Shown here one piece after another: positions 28,630 to 42,452 of a stretch of 64,000 nucleotides of DNA. The notes under the pieces were generated by a model. That model did not search any database, was not told where the DNA came from, and saw nothing but the letters and a program-made list of their open reading frames with translations. Position 1 is the first letter of the stretch; each line of letters begins with the position of its first letter. A program made the position numbers and the translations under genes. Source of the DNA: Nemertoderma westbladi (Eukaryota > Animalia > Xenacoelomorpha); assembly GCA_032718475.1 (NCBI GenBank), contig JAUCBJ010003790.1, forward strand, positions 62,001 through 126,000, in the 5' to 3' direction.

Positions 28630-31575
28630 GTGATGACTACCCCTGTGACTGGTGCCGTTGGCGTGGATACTGCCAACGCCCTGGTCTTCGATGACACCGG
28701 TAGTGTCTCGGGTGGTGGTCACGGTTCTACAGCATCGTATAGGTCCTTGGGTACCGGTATGGGAGGTGCGCTACCCGAAGCAGACAATACGATAATCGAG
28801 ACGCGTGGCGTTATTGGAGCCGGTGGAATTTCTTCTGGTGGCATTGTGGAGGGTCCGGGTTTAGATGAGGATGACGAAGACGACGAGGAACCCCAACTAG
28901 TTGATCCCATTGTCGCTAAAAGAAATCGAGCAGCTCGGAAATGCGCTTTTACAAAGTTGTTCAACCGAATTACCGAACTTGTACATAGTAAAGGAAGCCG
29001 GTCCGCGCTTAGGTCACTCCTATACGAGTTGGAAGAACGGGCTGTCGAATGCTTCGCAGCCCACAAATCTTACGTCAACTGCATTGCAGATGATGTAGAC
29101 GCCGACATCGCAGCTGACCGATGGTTATCATCGCTGAAAGATGCACACCAGCGGTGCGTGGAGTCTGTAGAATTCTATTTAAATTCTCGTCATGGAGAAC
29201 CTTCCTCTGTGGCTACCAGTCGAGTTCCTTCTCGTTTATCGAAACCTGCTAACAGTAATGCTTCTAAGTTGTCATTGGCGGCTCAACAGGAGGAATTGCT
29301 ACAGGAACGTGAACTACAATTAGCTCAGTTTCGGCGCGATAGAGATCTACGAGCAAAGAAACGGGAACAGCAAAGACAGAATGAAGAACTTAAAGAATCT
29401 CTACAACTCCGTTCATTGTATAACAGTGTGGAACGTTCTCGCCTTTCTGTCAACCTGGAACAGAAAAGAGCTGTCCAGGAGGGACGGATGGATCTCGAGC
29501 AGAGACTTTTAGATTTCGATTGTGGCGTTCCTACATTGGCTGGTGGCGTTCAAATACCAGCCAGTGGCGTTCCTACATTGGCTGGTGGCGTTCAAATACC
29601 AGCCAGTGGCGTTCCTACATTGGCTGGTGGCGTCCAAATACCAGCCAGTGGCGTTCCTACATTGGCTGGTGGCGTCCAAATACCAGCCAGTGGCGTTCAT
29701 ATATCAGCTGGTAGCATTCCTATATCAGCTGGTGCCGTTCTAACACCAGCTGGTGGCGTTCCTATACCAACTGGTGGCGTACCTATACCAACTGGTGGCG
29801 TACCTATGTCAGCTGGTGGCGCTCATATACCAGTTAGTGGCGTTCCTATACCGGTTGGCGGTGTTCCTATACCAGCTGATGGCGTTCCTATTCTCGTTGG
29901 TTGCGTTCCTCACCCAGTTGGTGGCGTTGCTACTAGCAGTGTCTCTACACCAGCTATAGGAGAATCCGTTCCGTTTTCTAAGCAATGTCTGTTTGTTCCT
30001 AGCTCGACGGACCCTATGTCCATTCTCGGTCAGCCTTTTCCAGATTTACATGTGTGCAATAACAATGTTAACAATCCATATACCCCTGTTAATAATTATT
30101 TTTCTGGTGCTAATAATTCTCATTATAATAGTCCTTATGATAATCATGTGTATAATAGTGAATGTGTCTCCAGTCAGGATCTACAGAATCGTATAGGTTG
30201 TTTACCAGTAAATAGTAATTGTGCAATTAATTATTCTCGCCCATCCTCTTATGGTACACATTCTGTTATTAAGCCCACCACTTGGGCTACAAGTTGTCCC
30301 GTTTTTGTACCAAACTGTCACACTACGTGTACCATTGTTAATGCGTCAACACCTCAGTGTAATTCTATTGGAGGGTTGGCCATGGGTGTGTGTGATAGAC
30401 CCCCTGGGCCTAATGTTAGTGCGTGTAGGGTTGCATCCCAGGTAGGTGGGTTATTTAACGGGCCGGCTGTAGATGTACCAGTCTATACTGGTACATCCGA
30501 AATTTATAATTCTAACTCACGAAATCCTCAATCCTCTGCAGATGTTTGGATTGACGATTTAAATAACAGAGGAGTTAACAATTCTTTTACTAATAATTGT
30601 TTTAATAACTTTCCATACCAAGGACCCATAGGTTTCCAACATTTAGCCAACTTAAAAATTGAACCATTTGATGGTTCTCCCTTGAAGTGGCATGGTTTTA
30701 TTGCCTCTTTTCATGCCCTCGTTCACACTCAGGTTTCATCTGATTCTATTCGTTTAGCAATTCTTAGAAATCATTTGACACCTGATATCAGAGAGAGTGT
30801 AGCTTCTACTATTAACGACCCTGATTTATATCGGGAAACATTACAAGAATTACGCCGTATTTATGGCGACTGTGACTTAATAGCTGTGGCATACATAATA
30901 GAGCAGCTACGAAAAATTCCGTTTGTTAAGGCTAATGATATGAATTCTTTAAAGTCATTTTCCTTAAAACTTCATGGTTCGGTATCAGCCCTGGAGAAAT
31001 GTGGATACACTGCCGATATTACATCAGCTAATAATGTAAGGGATTTAGTTCAAAAACTTCCCAATTATTTGCAAAATGAATGGGGCAAACGGGTTATTCT
31101 TATAAAACCTCGGCGCCCAACCTTAAAGGTGCTAGACAGTTGGATCACTGAGAGGCTGCAAAGTGCTCGTGTGGTAGAAAGTACATTACGGGCCAGTAGT
31201 AATAGTTATGCCGGTAACCAAGGCTTGTCCAATAACAAATCATTTCAAAATAAACCGCAATTTAAAAGGCCTAAATCCAGTGCTCCAACTGTTTTTACAC
31301 CTATTATTATGGCTACTGCCAGCAATAAAGTTAATTTTTCTGAAACACAGTCAAATAAGTATCAGAAATCGTCTAGTTCCGACTCGAGCTCACTTACTAA
31401 AGGTATGTCGGCTACTGCTTCTGTGGTTGAACACTGTCATTGTTGCGGCCAGTCCCATTTTCTTGAAAATTGTAACAATTTTAAATCATTAAGCCTAGCT
31501 GACCGCATTGAGTTAGCCCGGGACAAATCCATGTGTTTTGTATGTCTCAAAGCAAAGCAAATTGTAAAATCGTAG
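28630..31575 (+). CDS. BEL/Pao Gag-like protein (FDGSPLKW region, Cys/His knuckles), ends at a frameshift
   Basis: 981-aa ORF; IEPFDGSPLKW, CHCCGQSHFLENC, CFVCL; start codon uncertain; internal GGVP repeats. Confidence 0.85.
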   Translation: MMTTPVTGAVGVDTANALVFDDTGSVSGGGHGSTASYRSLGTGMGGALPEADNTIIETRGVIGAGGISSGGIVEGPGLDEDDEDDEEPQLVDPIVAKRNRAARKCAFTKLFNRITELVHSKGSRSALRSLLYELEERAVECFAAHKSYVNCIADDVDADIAADRWLSSLKDAHQRCVESVEFYLNSRHGEPSSVATSRVPSRLSKPANSNASKLSLAAQQEELLQERELQLAQFRRDRDLRAKKREQQRQNEELKESLQLRSLYNSVERSRLSVNLEQKRAVQEGRMDLEQRLLDFDCGVPTLAGGVQIPASGVPTLAGGVQIPASGVPTLAGGVQIPASGVPTLAGGVQIPASGVHISAGSIPISAGAVLTPAGGVPIPTGGVPIPTGGVPMSAGGAHIPVSGVPIPVGGVPIPADGVPILVGCVPHPVGGVATSSVSTPAIGESVPFSKQCLFVPSSTDPMSILGQPFPDLHVCNNNVNNPYTPVNNYFSGANNSHYNSPYDNHVYNSECVSSQDLQNRIGCLPVNSNCAINYSRPSSYGTHSVIKPTTWATSCPVFVPNCHTTCTIVNASTPQCNSIGGLAMGVCDRPPGPNVSACRVASQVGGLFNGPAVDVPVYTGTSEIYNSNSRNPQSSADVWIDDLNNRGVNNSFTNNCFNNFPYQGPIGFQHLANLKIEPFDGSPLKWHGFIASFHALVHTQVSSDSIRLAILRNHLTPDIRESVASTINDPDLYRETLQELRRIYGDCDLIAVAYIIEQLRKIPFVKANDMNSLKSFSLKLHGSVSALEKCGYTADITSANNVRDLVQKLPNYLQNEWGKRVILIKPRRPTLKVLDSWITERLQSARVVESTLRASSNSYAGNQGLSNNKSFQNKPQFKRPKSSAPTVFTPIIMATASNKVNFSETQSNKYQKSSSSDSSSLTKGMSATASVVEHCHCCGQSHFLENCNNFKSLSLADRIELARDKSMCFVCLKAKQIVKS
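29521..29930 (+). repeat. In-frame 42-bp/21-bp coding repeat within gag
   Basis: (GVPTLAGGVQIPAS)x4 followed by degenerate GGVPIPA heptads. Confidence 0.9.
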
Positions 31576-31590
31576 ACCCTTGTAATTTCG

Positions 31591-34500
31591 ATGGTTGTAA
31601 AAAACGCCCATCACGTTTTATTACATGGAGCACCTAAGGTTTTTGGTGCTAAATCTTCTTCCCAAAATAAACAACACATAGGAACTACCTCATTGAGAAC
31701 ATCCCCTAGCACTGTAGCATTACAGATTGTACCACTGCGGGTACGTTCTGCAGGTAAAACTGTTAAAACTTTTGCTTTGTTAGATCCCTGTAGCCAGATC
31801 TCTGCAGTTTGTGAAGATCTAGCTAACAAACTGGATCTTAAGGGTGAGCAAAAACCATTGAGAATCGGCACTATTAATTCAGATGGAGAAACTGTAAAGT
31901 CCTTATTAAGCTCCATTGATGTTCTACCTGTAAATAGTGAGTCTGTATTTCCTGTCCCACGGACTTGGGTTTTATCCAAGTTAAATATCGCAAATCAGCG
32001 TTTTGATTGGCCCAAGATTAAATCTTCCTGGAGTCATTTATCTGATCTAGATCTTCCAGCTGTAGATTCAAATAAGGTAGGCGTCCTGTTGGGTGCTGAT
32101 GTCTTTGATGTAATTCGTCAACTCGATTATCGTCCTGGCCCTTCTGGCTCCCCTTCGGCAGTTTTGACTAATTTTGGGTGGACTTGTACTTCTACCGTAC
32201 CTCTTCATCCCCTTTCTGATGATGAATGCCAGCATATCATGCATGTCCGTTATTTAGACTCCCGTCCAGGTGCTGATGCTTGTGCAGACATTGACTGTTC
32301 TTTAGAGACTTTACTCACACGATTCTGGAATACTGATTCATTCGGTGTTAATCCTTGTAAATCTTTGCCTATAAATCATGAGGAAGCTACTGCTCGTGAT
32401 ATGCTTGAGTCTAACACACGCCATACAGGTGAACGATATGAAACCAGTTTACTTTGGAGATCCCCTACCATCCAATTGCCCAATAACAAACGAACAGCTA
32501 TTAGGTGCCTTCAGGCTACTGAAAAACGTCTTAATCGTAATCCAATTTTACATAAACGTTACCATGAAACCTTTCAAGGATACATAGATAAAGGTTTTGC
32601 TGTAAAGGTTGACATTGATGAACCTGATCCACCTGGTAGAACATGGTATCTCCCTCATCACCCAGTATTAAATCCGAACAAACCTGATAAGGTACGCATC
32701 GTTTTCAATGCTTCGGCTAAGGAGCATGGTGTTTCTCTAAACGACTGCCTGCTTAAAGGACCTGATTATCTTGCCAGTCTTGTGGGTGTTTTACTTAGAT
32801 TTAGAGAAAGATCGATTGCAATATCTGGAGATATCACTGCCATGTACCACCAAGTTGCTGTCAAACGCAAAGACCAGGATGCCTTGAGATTTCTTTGGGG
32901 TGGTCCAAGCCATGCTAAGCCTCCTGGGGTGTATCGTATGGTACGAGAAATATTTGGGGCTATATCTTCATCATCATCCTGCTTCTTTGCACTTATTCGT
33001 ACAGCACGAGATTTCTGTTTAGAATTTCCTTTACCGGCCTCTAAAGTCGAAATCTGTTTCTATGCAGATAATTATTTTGATTCTTGCGACACCACTGAGG
33101 AAGCCATCACCCTTGTCAAGGGCATGGTAGAGCTCTTATCTAAGGGTGGGTTCCATCTGGGCCAATGGATATCTTCTTCCTATGAAGTTCTTTCAGTGAT
33201 ACCAAAGGGGGATCGAGCAGATCCCTTACTTGATTTAGATGTTGATGAACTCCCTGTTGAATGTGCTTTAGGTGTCAAGTGGAACTGTTCAACTGACTGT
33301 TTTGTCTTCTACACTAAGATCATCGACCTTAGTCATACCATGAGAAATGTTCTAAGACAATCATCGTCATTATTTGATCCTTTAGGATTCTTGACACCAT
33401 TCTTGCTTATTGTTAAGGTCCTAATGCAAGAGATGTGGAGGAGACGTCTGGCATGGGATGATCCACTTCCTGATGATGTGGTAGTTCGATGGGAGCATTG
33501 GTTATCTGAGCTCCATCTTCTTGAAAAGGTTCACATACCTCGTTGTTATTTTCCCAGATCGCCACAACTCCAGAACACTCAGTTACATGTTTTTGGTGAT
33601 GCCTCTACTGTTGGCTTTGGTGCTGTGGCTTACCTTAGGGGTAGTTATTCTACCAGTGATATTAAGGTAGCCTTTGTTATGTCGAAGTCTCGTGTTGCCC
33701 CAGTCAAGGCTTTGTCGGTTCCACGCCTTGAGCTGCAAGGTGCATTATTAGCAGTGAGGCTGTCTAAGTTAATTACAACCGAACTTAGAATCCATGTTGA
33801 TAAATATATATATTGGTGTGATTCCACTACCGCTCTTCAATGGATACTTTCTCGCAGGTGCAAATATAATGAGTTTGTAGCCAATCGTGTTGGAGAAATC
33901 CTCGATGTGTCAGATCGTGACCAGTGGCGCCATGTCCCTGGAATTCTTAATCCTGCTGATCATTGTAGTCGAGGTCTTCTCTTGTCTGAACTCCACTCTG
34001 ACCATCCTTGGTTTCAAGGTCCAGATTATCTAAGATCCCCTGAAAATCAGTGGCCAGCCAGTTTAGCAATCCCTGATAACCCAGTTGAAGGTGATCCTGA
34101 AGTCAAGGCGGTATATGCTGTCCATGTTGCTGAATCCTTTACTTTCGAATTTGTATCAAAGTTGTCATCCTTATCTAGAGCCCAACGTGTCCTTGCTTGG
34201 GTATTTAGGTTTGTCCAAAACTGTCGAAACAAGGTTCATCAGCATTCTACTCTGAGTGTTTCAGAACTCAGGTATTCATTAAATTATATGATCAAGTCTG
34301 TACAAAATTCCTTTTACTCCAATGAGATTGCCAATTTATCCAATGGGAACCCCGTTGGAAAAGATAGCTCTTTGTTGACATTGCTTCCCGAGTTGGATGA
34401 AGATGGTTTACTCAGAGTTGGTGGCCGTATTTCGAAGTCTGACCTCCCTAATTCTGTATGTCACCCTATTATTCTCCCTAACAATTGTAGGTTTACTGAT

Positions 34501-35618
34501 CTTGTTATTCTAAATACTCACAAGATAGTTTTTCACGAAGGAGAAGATCATACCTTAAATAATTTAAGACAAACCTACTGGGTTCCTAAAGCAAGATCTT
34601 TAATTCGTAAGCTTTTATTTCGTTGTACATTTTGTAAGAAACGTCGAGCTCGGCCTGTTGCTCCTCTTATGGCTGCTTTACCCCGGCCGCGATTGTCTCC
34701 TATGACATTTCCATTCCGAAACATGGGTATAGACTATTTCGGTCCACTTTATGTCCGTCATCTTAGACGAACAGAGAAACGTTATTGTCTTCTTGTAACT
34801 TGCCTTGTAACAAGGGCAGTCCATTTAGAGATTGTCCATTCCATGGATACAGACAGTTTTCTTATGGGCTTTCGTAGAGTATTAGCCCGTCGTGGTACCC
34901 CCTCTATTGTTTATAGTGATAATGGCAGCAATTTCACTAGTGGTGAAAAGGAACTCCGAGAGTGCCTTGAAGTTCTTGATCAGTCTTCTATCAAAAATAC
35001 TCTAGCTCAGAAGGGAATTACATGGCATTTTAATCCCCCTGCTGCACCACATTTTGGTGGTGTTTGGGAACGTCTGGTTAGATCCGCAAAGAAAGCTTTA
35101 AAAGTGATTCTTGGTAACCAGCGTGTAACAGGTGAGGTTCTCCAAACAGTTATCGTTGAGGTCGAACATTTAATGAATAGTCGTCAACTCACGCATATTA
35201 GCATAGATCCTCATGAACCAGAAGCAATAACACCGAACCACATCGTACTTGGTCGTGGTAATCCCAATGTAGCCCCTGCTTTTGTCGATGATTCTGACAT
35301 TGGCAGTAAGAAACGTTGGTTGTCTACTCAAGCTTTAATAAACAACTTCTGGAAGCGATGACTGAATATGTTCCATCTCAAATTGAACGTAAAATTTGGT
35401 TAAGAGATCGCAGAAACTTATGTCCTGGGGACATAGTTCTTGTTGTATTCTTGAACTCTCCCAGGGGACATTGGCCTCTTGGTAAAGTTTTGGAAACCTT
35501 TCCCGGGTCTGACGGAGTTGTCCGTTCCGTTAAGGTCCGTGTAAATGGAAAAGACTATACTCGACCCGCTGTAAAAGTATGCCTCTTAGAAGAGGCTAAC
35601 AATGAAAAAAATGTGTAA
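31591..35618 (+). CDS. BEL/Pao Pol: aspartic protease, RT, RNase H, integrase; frameshift near 35358
   Basis: ALLDPCSQ; WYLPHHPV/KVRIVFNAS; YADN; LHVFGDAS; GIDYFGP/SDNGSNF/WERLVRS; C-terminal WPLGKV...PGSDGVVRSV in ORF 35316-35618. Confidence 0.93.
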
Positions 35619-35648
35619 CTCCTCTTACATCGTAGTTAGGGCCGGCTT

Positions 35649-36099
35649 TGTTACAGCCGGTCTCGTTTACCTTAACTTATTGTGCTATATCTTATTGTGC
35701 TATATGTTATTCCACCTACCGGTCATTTCACAAACTGAATATATTATTAGCCAATAGAAATAAGCCACCTTTATGTTTGGTATATATACTTATCTGTGTG
35801 TGTCATTATATACTTCTGTTGTATAAACTCATTCTGCATTCTGTTCTTTGTTAGTTATAGTTCATTAGGCCTAGGTCTAGGTATTCATGTCTTCATTGTA
35901 TGTAATGTAATATTATTGTTTAGACCTACCTGCATCTGGAGACACATATGTAACTCGTAACACTGTAACAAGTAACCATTAAATGTAACATAAGTAACTT
36001 CATTATTATACTTTCCGATTTTCTCAACTATATTGCGGCGAATGTATGACAGGCCGACTTTTTCGCTCACCCGGCTCTAAACGCAGTTCCGTCATTTCA
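35649..36099 (+). repeat. 3' LTR (451 bp)
   Basis: tgttacagcc...tcatttca followed by TSD taccc. Confidence 0.95.
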
Positions 36100-39000
36100 T
36101 ACCCCCTATTAATGGGAGATGGTACCCCAATACCCCCTATTAATGGGAGATGGTACCGCAGTACCCCCTATTAATGGGAGATGGTACCCCAGTACCACCA
36201 ATTAATGGGAGATGGAACCCCAGTACCCCCTATTAATGGGAGATGGTACACCAGCACCCCCTATTAATGGGAGATGGAACCGCAGTACCCCCCTATTAAT
36301 GGGAGATGGTACCCCAGTACCCCCTATTAATGGGAGATGGTACCCCAGTACCCCCTATTAATGGGAGATGGTACCGCAGTACCCCCTATTAATGGGAGAT
36401 GGTACCCCAGTACCCCCTATTAATGGGAGATGGTACCCCAGTACCCCCTATTAATGGGAGATGGTACCCCAGTACCCCCTATTAATGGGAGATGGTACCC
36501 CAGTACCCCCTATTAATGGGAGATGGTAACGCAGTACCCCCTATTAATGGGAGATGGTACCCCAGTACCCCCTATTAATGGGAGATGGTACCCCAGTACC
36601 ACCTATTAATGGGAGATGGAACCCCAGTACCCCCTATTAATGGGAGATGGTACCCCAGTACCCCCTATTAATGGGAGATGGTACCCCAGTACCACCTATT
36701 AATGGGAGATGGAACCCCAGTACCCCCTATTAATGGGAGATGGTACCCCAGTACCCCCTATTAATGGGAGATGGTACCCCAGTACCCCCTATTAATGGGA
36801 GATGGTACCGCAGTACCCCCTATTAATGGGAGATGGTACCCCAGTACCCCCTATTAATGGGAGATGGTACCGCAGTACCCCCTATTAATGGGAGATGGTA
36901 CCGCAGTACCCCCTATTAATGGGAGATGGTACCGCAGTACCCCCTATTAATGGGAGATGGTACCGCAGTACCCCCTATTAATGGGAGATGGTACCCCAGT
37001 ACCCCCTATTAATGGGAGATGGTACCGCAGTACCCCCTATTAATGGGAGATGGTACCGCAGTACCCCCTATTAATGGGAGATGGAACCCCAGTACCCCCT
37101 ATTAATGGGAGATGGTACCGCAGTACCCCCTATTAATGGTACCCCAGTACCCCCTATTAATGGGAGATGATACCGCAGTACCCCCTATTAATGGGAGATG
37201 GTACCGCAGTACCCCCTATTAATGGTACCCCAGTACCCCCTATTAATGGGAGATGGTACCCCAGTACCCCCTATTAATGGGAGATGGTACCCCAGTACCC
37301 CCTATTAATGGGAGATGGTACCCCAGTACCCCCTATTAATGGGAGATGGTACCGCAGTATCCCCTATTAATGGGAGATGGTACTGCAGTACCCCCTATTA
37401 ATGGTACCCCAGTACCCCCTATTAATGGGAGATGATACCGCAGTACCCCCTATTAATGGGAGATGGTACCGCAGTATCCCCTATTAATGGGAGATGGTAC
37501 CGCAGTACCCCCTATTAATGGTACCCCAGTACCCCCTATTAATGGGAGATGATACCGCAGTACCCCCTATTAATGGGAGATGGTACCGCAGTATCCCCTA
37601 TTAATGGGAGATGGTACCGCAGTACCCCCTATTAATAATGGGAGATGGTACCGCAGTACCCCCTATTAATGGGAGATGATACCGCAGTACCCCCTATTAA
37701 TGGGAGATGGTACCGCAGTACCCCCTATTAATGGGAGATGGTACCGCAGTACCCCGTATTAATGGGAGATGGTAACGCAGTACCCCCTATTAATGGGAGA
37801 TGGTACCGCAGTACCCCCTATTAATACTGGGAGATGGTACCGCAGTACCCCCTATTAATGGGAGATGATACCGCAGTACCCCCTATTAATGGGAGATGAT
37901 ACCGCAGTACCCCCTATTAATGGGAGATGATACCGCAGTACCCCCTATTAATGGGAGATGGTACCGCAGTATCCCCTATTAATGGGAGATGGTACCGCAG
38001 TACCCCCTATTAATAATGGGAGATGGTACCGCAGTACCCCCTATTAATGGGAGATGATACCGCAGTACCCCCTATTAATGGGAGATGGTACCGCAGTACC
38101 CCCTATTAATGGGAGATGATACCGCAGTACCCCCTATTAATGGGAGATGGTACCGCAGTACCCCCTATTAATGGGAGATGGTACCGCAGTACCCCCTATT
38201 AATGGGAGATGGTACCGCAGTACCCCCTATTAATGGGAGATGATACCGCAGTACCCCCTATTAATGGGAGATGGTACCGCAGTATCCCCTATTAATGGGA
38301 GATGGTACCGCAGTACCCCCTATTAATGGTACCCCAGTACCCCCTATTAATGGGAGATGGTACCCCAGTACCCCCTATTAATGGGAGATGGTACCGCAGT
38401 ATCCCCTATTAATGGGAGATGGTACCGCAGTACCCTTCTATTAATAATGGGAGATGGTACCGCAGTACCCCCTATTAATGGGAGATGGTACCGCGGTACC
38501 CCCTATTAATGGGAGATGGTACCCCAGTACCCCCTATTAATGGGAGATGGTACCGCAGTACCCCCTATTAATGGGAGATGGTACCGCAGTACCCCCTATT
38601 AATGGGAGATGGTACCCCAGTACCCCCTATTAATGGGAGATGGTACCCCAGTACCCCCTATTAATGGGAGATGGTACCCCAGTACCCCCTATTAATGGGA
38701 GATGGTACCCCAGTACCCCCTATTAATGGGAGATGGTACCGCAGTACCCCCTATTAATGGGAGATGGTACCCCAGTACCCCCTATTAATGGGAGATGGTA
38801 CCCCAGTACCCCCTATTAATGGGAGATGGTACCCCAGTACCCCCTATTAATGGGAGATGGTACCCCAGTACCCCCTATTAATGGGAGATGGTACCCCAGT
38901 ACCACCTATTAATGGGAGATGGTACCCCAGTACCCCCTATTAATGGGAGATGGTACCGCAGTACCCCCTATTAATGGGAGATGGTACCCCAGTACCCCCT

Positions 39001-42000
39001 ATTAATGGGAGATGGTACCGCAGTACCCCCTATTAATGGGAGATGGTACCGCAGTACCCCCTATTAATGGGAGATGGTACCGCAGTACCCCCTATTAATG
39101 GGAGATGGTACCGCAGTACCCCCTATTAATGGGAGATGGTACCCCAGTACCCCCTATTAATGGGAGATGGTACCGCAGTACCCCCTATTAATGGGAGATG
39201 GTACCGCAGTACCCCCTATTAATGGGAGATGGAACCCCAGTACCCCCTATTAATGGGAGATGGTACCGCAGTACCCCCTATTAATGGTACCCCAGTACCC
39301 CCTATTAATGGTACCCCAGTACCCCCTATTAATGGGAGATGATACCGCAGTACCCCCTATTAATGGGAGATGGTACCGCAGTACCCCCTATTAATGGGAG
39401 ATGGTACCCCAGTACCCCCTATTAATGGGAGATGGTACCCCAGTACCCCCTATTAATGGGAGATGGTACCCCAGTACCCCCTATTAATGGGAGATGGTAC
39501 CCCAGTACCCCCTATTAATGGGAGATGGTACCGCAGTATCCCCTATTAATGGGAGATGGTACTGCAGTACCCCCTATTAATGGTACCCCAGTACCCCCTA
39601 TTAATGGGAGATGATACCGCAGTACCCCCTATTAATGGGAGATGGTACCGCAGTACCCCCTATTAATGGGAGATGATACCGCAGTACCCCCTATTAATGG
39701 GAGATGGTACCGCAGTATCCCCTATTAATGGGAGATGGTACCGCAGTAACCCCTATTAATGGTACCCCAGTACCCCCTATTAATGGGAGATGGTACCCCA
39801 GTACCCCCTATTAATGGGAGATGGTACCGCAGTATCCCCTATTAATGGGAGATGGTACCGCAGTACCCTTCTATTAATAATGGGAGATGGTACCGCAGTA
39901 CCCCCTATTAATGGGAGATGGTACCGCGGTACCCCCTATTAATGGGAGATGGTACCCCAGTACCCCCTATTAATGGGAGATGGTACCGCAGTACCCCCTA
40001 TTAATGGGAGATGGTACCGCAGTACCCCCTATTAATGGGAGATGGTACCCCAGTACCCCCTATTAATGGGAGATGGTACCCCAGTACCCCCTATTAATGG
40101 GAGATGGTACCCCAGTACCCCCTATTAATGGGAGATGGTACCCCAGTACCCCCTATTAATGGGAGATGGTAACGCAGTACCCCCTATTAATGGGAGATGG
40201 TACCCCAGTACCCCCTATTAATGGGAGATGGTACCCCAGTACCACCTATTAATGGGAGATGGAACCCCAGTACCCCCTATTAATGGGAGATGGTACCCCA
40301 GTACCCCCTATTAATGGGAGATGGTACCCCAGTACCACCTATTAATGGGAGATGGAACCCCAGTACCCCCTATTAATAGGAGATGGTACCCCAGTACCCC
40401 CTATTAATGGGAGATGGTACCCCAGTACCCCCTATTAATGGGAGATGGTACCGCAGTACCCCCTATTAATGGGAGATGGTACCCCAGTACCCCCTATTAA
40501 TGGGAGATGGTACCGCAGTACCCCCTATTAATGGGAGATGGTACCGCAGTACCCCCTATTAATGGGAGATGGTACCGCAGTACCCCCTATTAATGGGAGA
40601 TGGTACCACAGTACCCCCTATTAATGGGAGATGGTACCCCAGTACCCCCTATTAATGGGAGATGGTACCGCAGTACCCCCTATTAATGGGAGATGGTACC
40701 GCAGTACCGCCTATTAATGGGAGATGGAACCCCAGTACCCCCTATTAATGGGAGATGGTACCGCAGTACCCCCTATTAATGGTACCCCAGTACCCCCTAT
40801 TAATGGGAGATGATACCGCAGTACCCCCTATTAATGGGAGATGGTACCGCAGTACCCCCTATTAATGGTACCCCAGTACCCCCTATTAATGGGAGATGGT
40901 ACCCCAGTACCCCCTATTAATGGGAGATGGTACCCCAGTACCCCCTATTAATGGGAGATGGTACCCCAGTACCCCCTATTAATGGGAGATGGTACCGCAG
41001 TATCCCCTATTAATGGGAGATGGTACTGCAGTACCCCCTATTAATGGTACCCCAGTACCCCCTATTAATGGGAGATGATACCGCAGTACCCCCTATTAAT
41101 GGGAGATGGTACCGCAGTATCCCCTATTAATGGGAGATGGTACCGCAGTACCCCCTATTAATGGTACCCCAGTACCCCCTATTAATGGGAGATGATACCG
41201 CAGTACCCCCTATTAATGGGAGATGGTACCGCAGTATCCCCTATTAATGGGAGATGGTACCGCAGTACCCCCTATTAATAATGGGAGATGGTACCGCAGT
41301 ACCCCCTATTAATGGGAGATGATACCGCAGTACCCCCTATTAATGGGAGATGGTACCGCAGTACCCCCTATTAATGGGAGATGGTACCGCAGTACCCCGT
41401 ATTAATGGGAGATGGTAACGCAGTACCCCCTATTAATGGGAGATGGTACCGCAGTACCCCCTATTAATAATGGGAGATGGTACCGCAGTACCCCCTATTA
41501 ATGGGAGATGATACCGCAGTACCCCCTATTAATGGGAGATGATACCGCAGTACCCCCTATTAATGGGAGATGATACCGCAGTACCCCCTATTAATGGGAG
41601 ATGGTACCGCAGTATCCCCTATTAATGGGAGATGGTACCGCAGTACCCCCTATTAATAATGGGAGATGGTACCGCAGTACCCCCTATTAATGGGAGATGA
41701 TACCGCAGTACCCCCTATTAATGGGAGATGGTACCGCAGTACCCCCTATTAATGGGAGATGATACCGCAGTACCCCCTATTAATGGGAGATGGTACCGCA
41801 GTACCCCCTATTAATGGGAGATGGTACCGCAGTACCCCCTATTAATGGGAGATGGTACCGCAGTACCCCCTATTAATGGGAGATGATACCGCAGTACCCC
41901 CTATTAATGGGAGATGGTACCGCAGTATCCCCTATTAATGGGAGATGGTACTGCAGTACCCCCTATTAATGGTACCCCAGTACCCCCTATTAATGGGAGA

Positions 42001-42452
42001 TGGTACCCCAGTACCCCCTATTAATGGGAGATGGTACCGCAGTATCCCCTATTAATGGGAGATGGTACCGCAGTACCCTTCTATTAATAATGGGAGATGG
42101 TACCGCAGTACCCCCTATTAATGGGAGATGGTACCGCGGTACCCCCTATTAATGGGAGATGGTACCCCAGTACCCCCTATTAATGGGAGATGGTACCGCA
42201 GTACCCCCTATTAATGGGAGATGGTACCGCAGTACCCCCTATTAATGGAAGATGGTACCCCAGTACCCCCTATTAATGGGAGATGGTACCGCAGTACCCC
42301 CTATTAATGGGAGATGGTACCCCAGTACCCCCTATTAATGGGAGATGGTACCGCAGTACCCCCTATTAATGGGAGATGGTACCGCAGTACCCCCTATTAA
42401 TGGGAGATGGTACCGCAGTACCCCCTATTAATGGGAGATGGTACCGCAGTAC

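Larger units (their letters stand above)
28007..36099 (+). mobile_element. Full-length BEL/Pao LTR retrotransposon (8.1 kb), antisense to CUL3, with frameshifts
   Basis: TG...CA LTRs 28007-28458 and 35649-36099; 5-bp TSD TACCC; PBS at 28459; gag-PR-RT-RH-IN order with Pao-type motifs. Confidence 0.96.
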
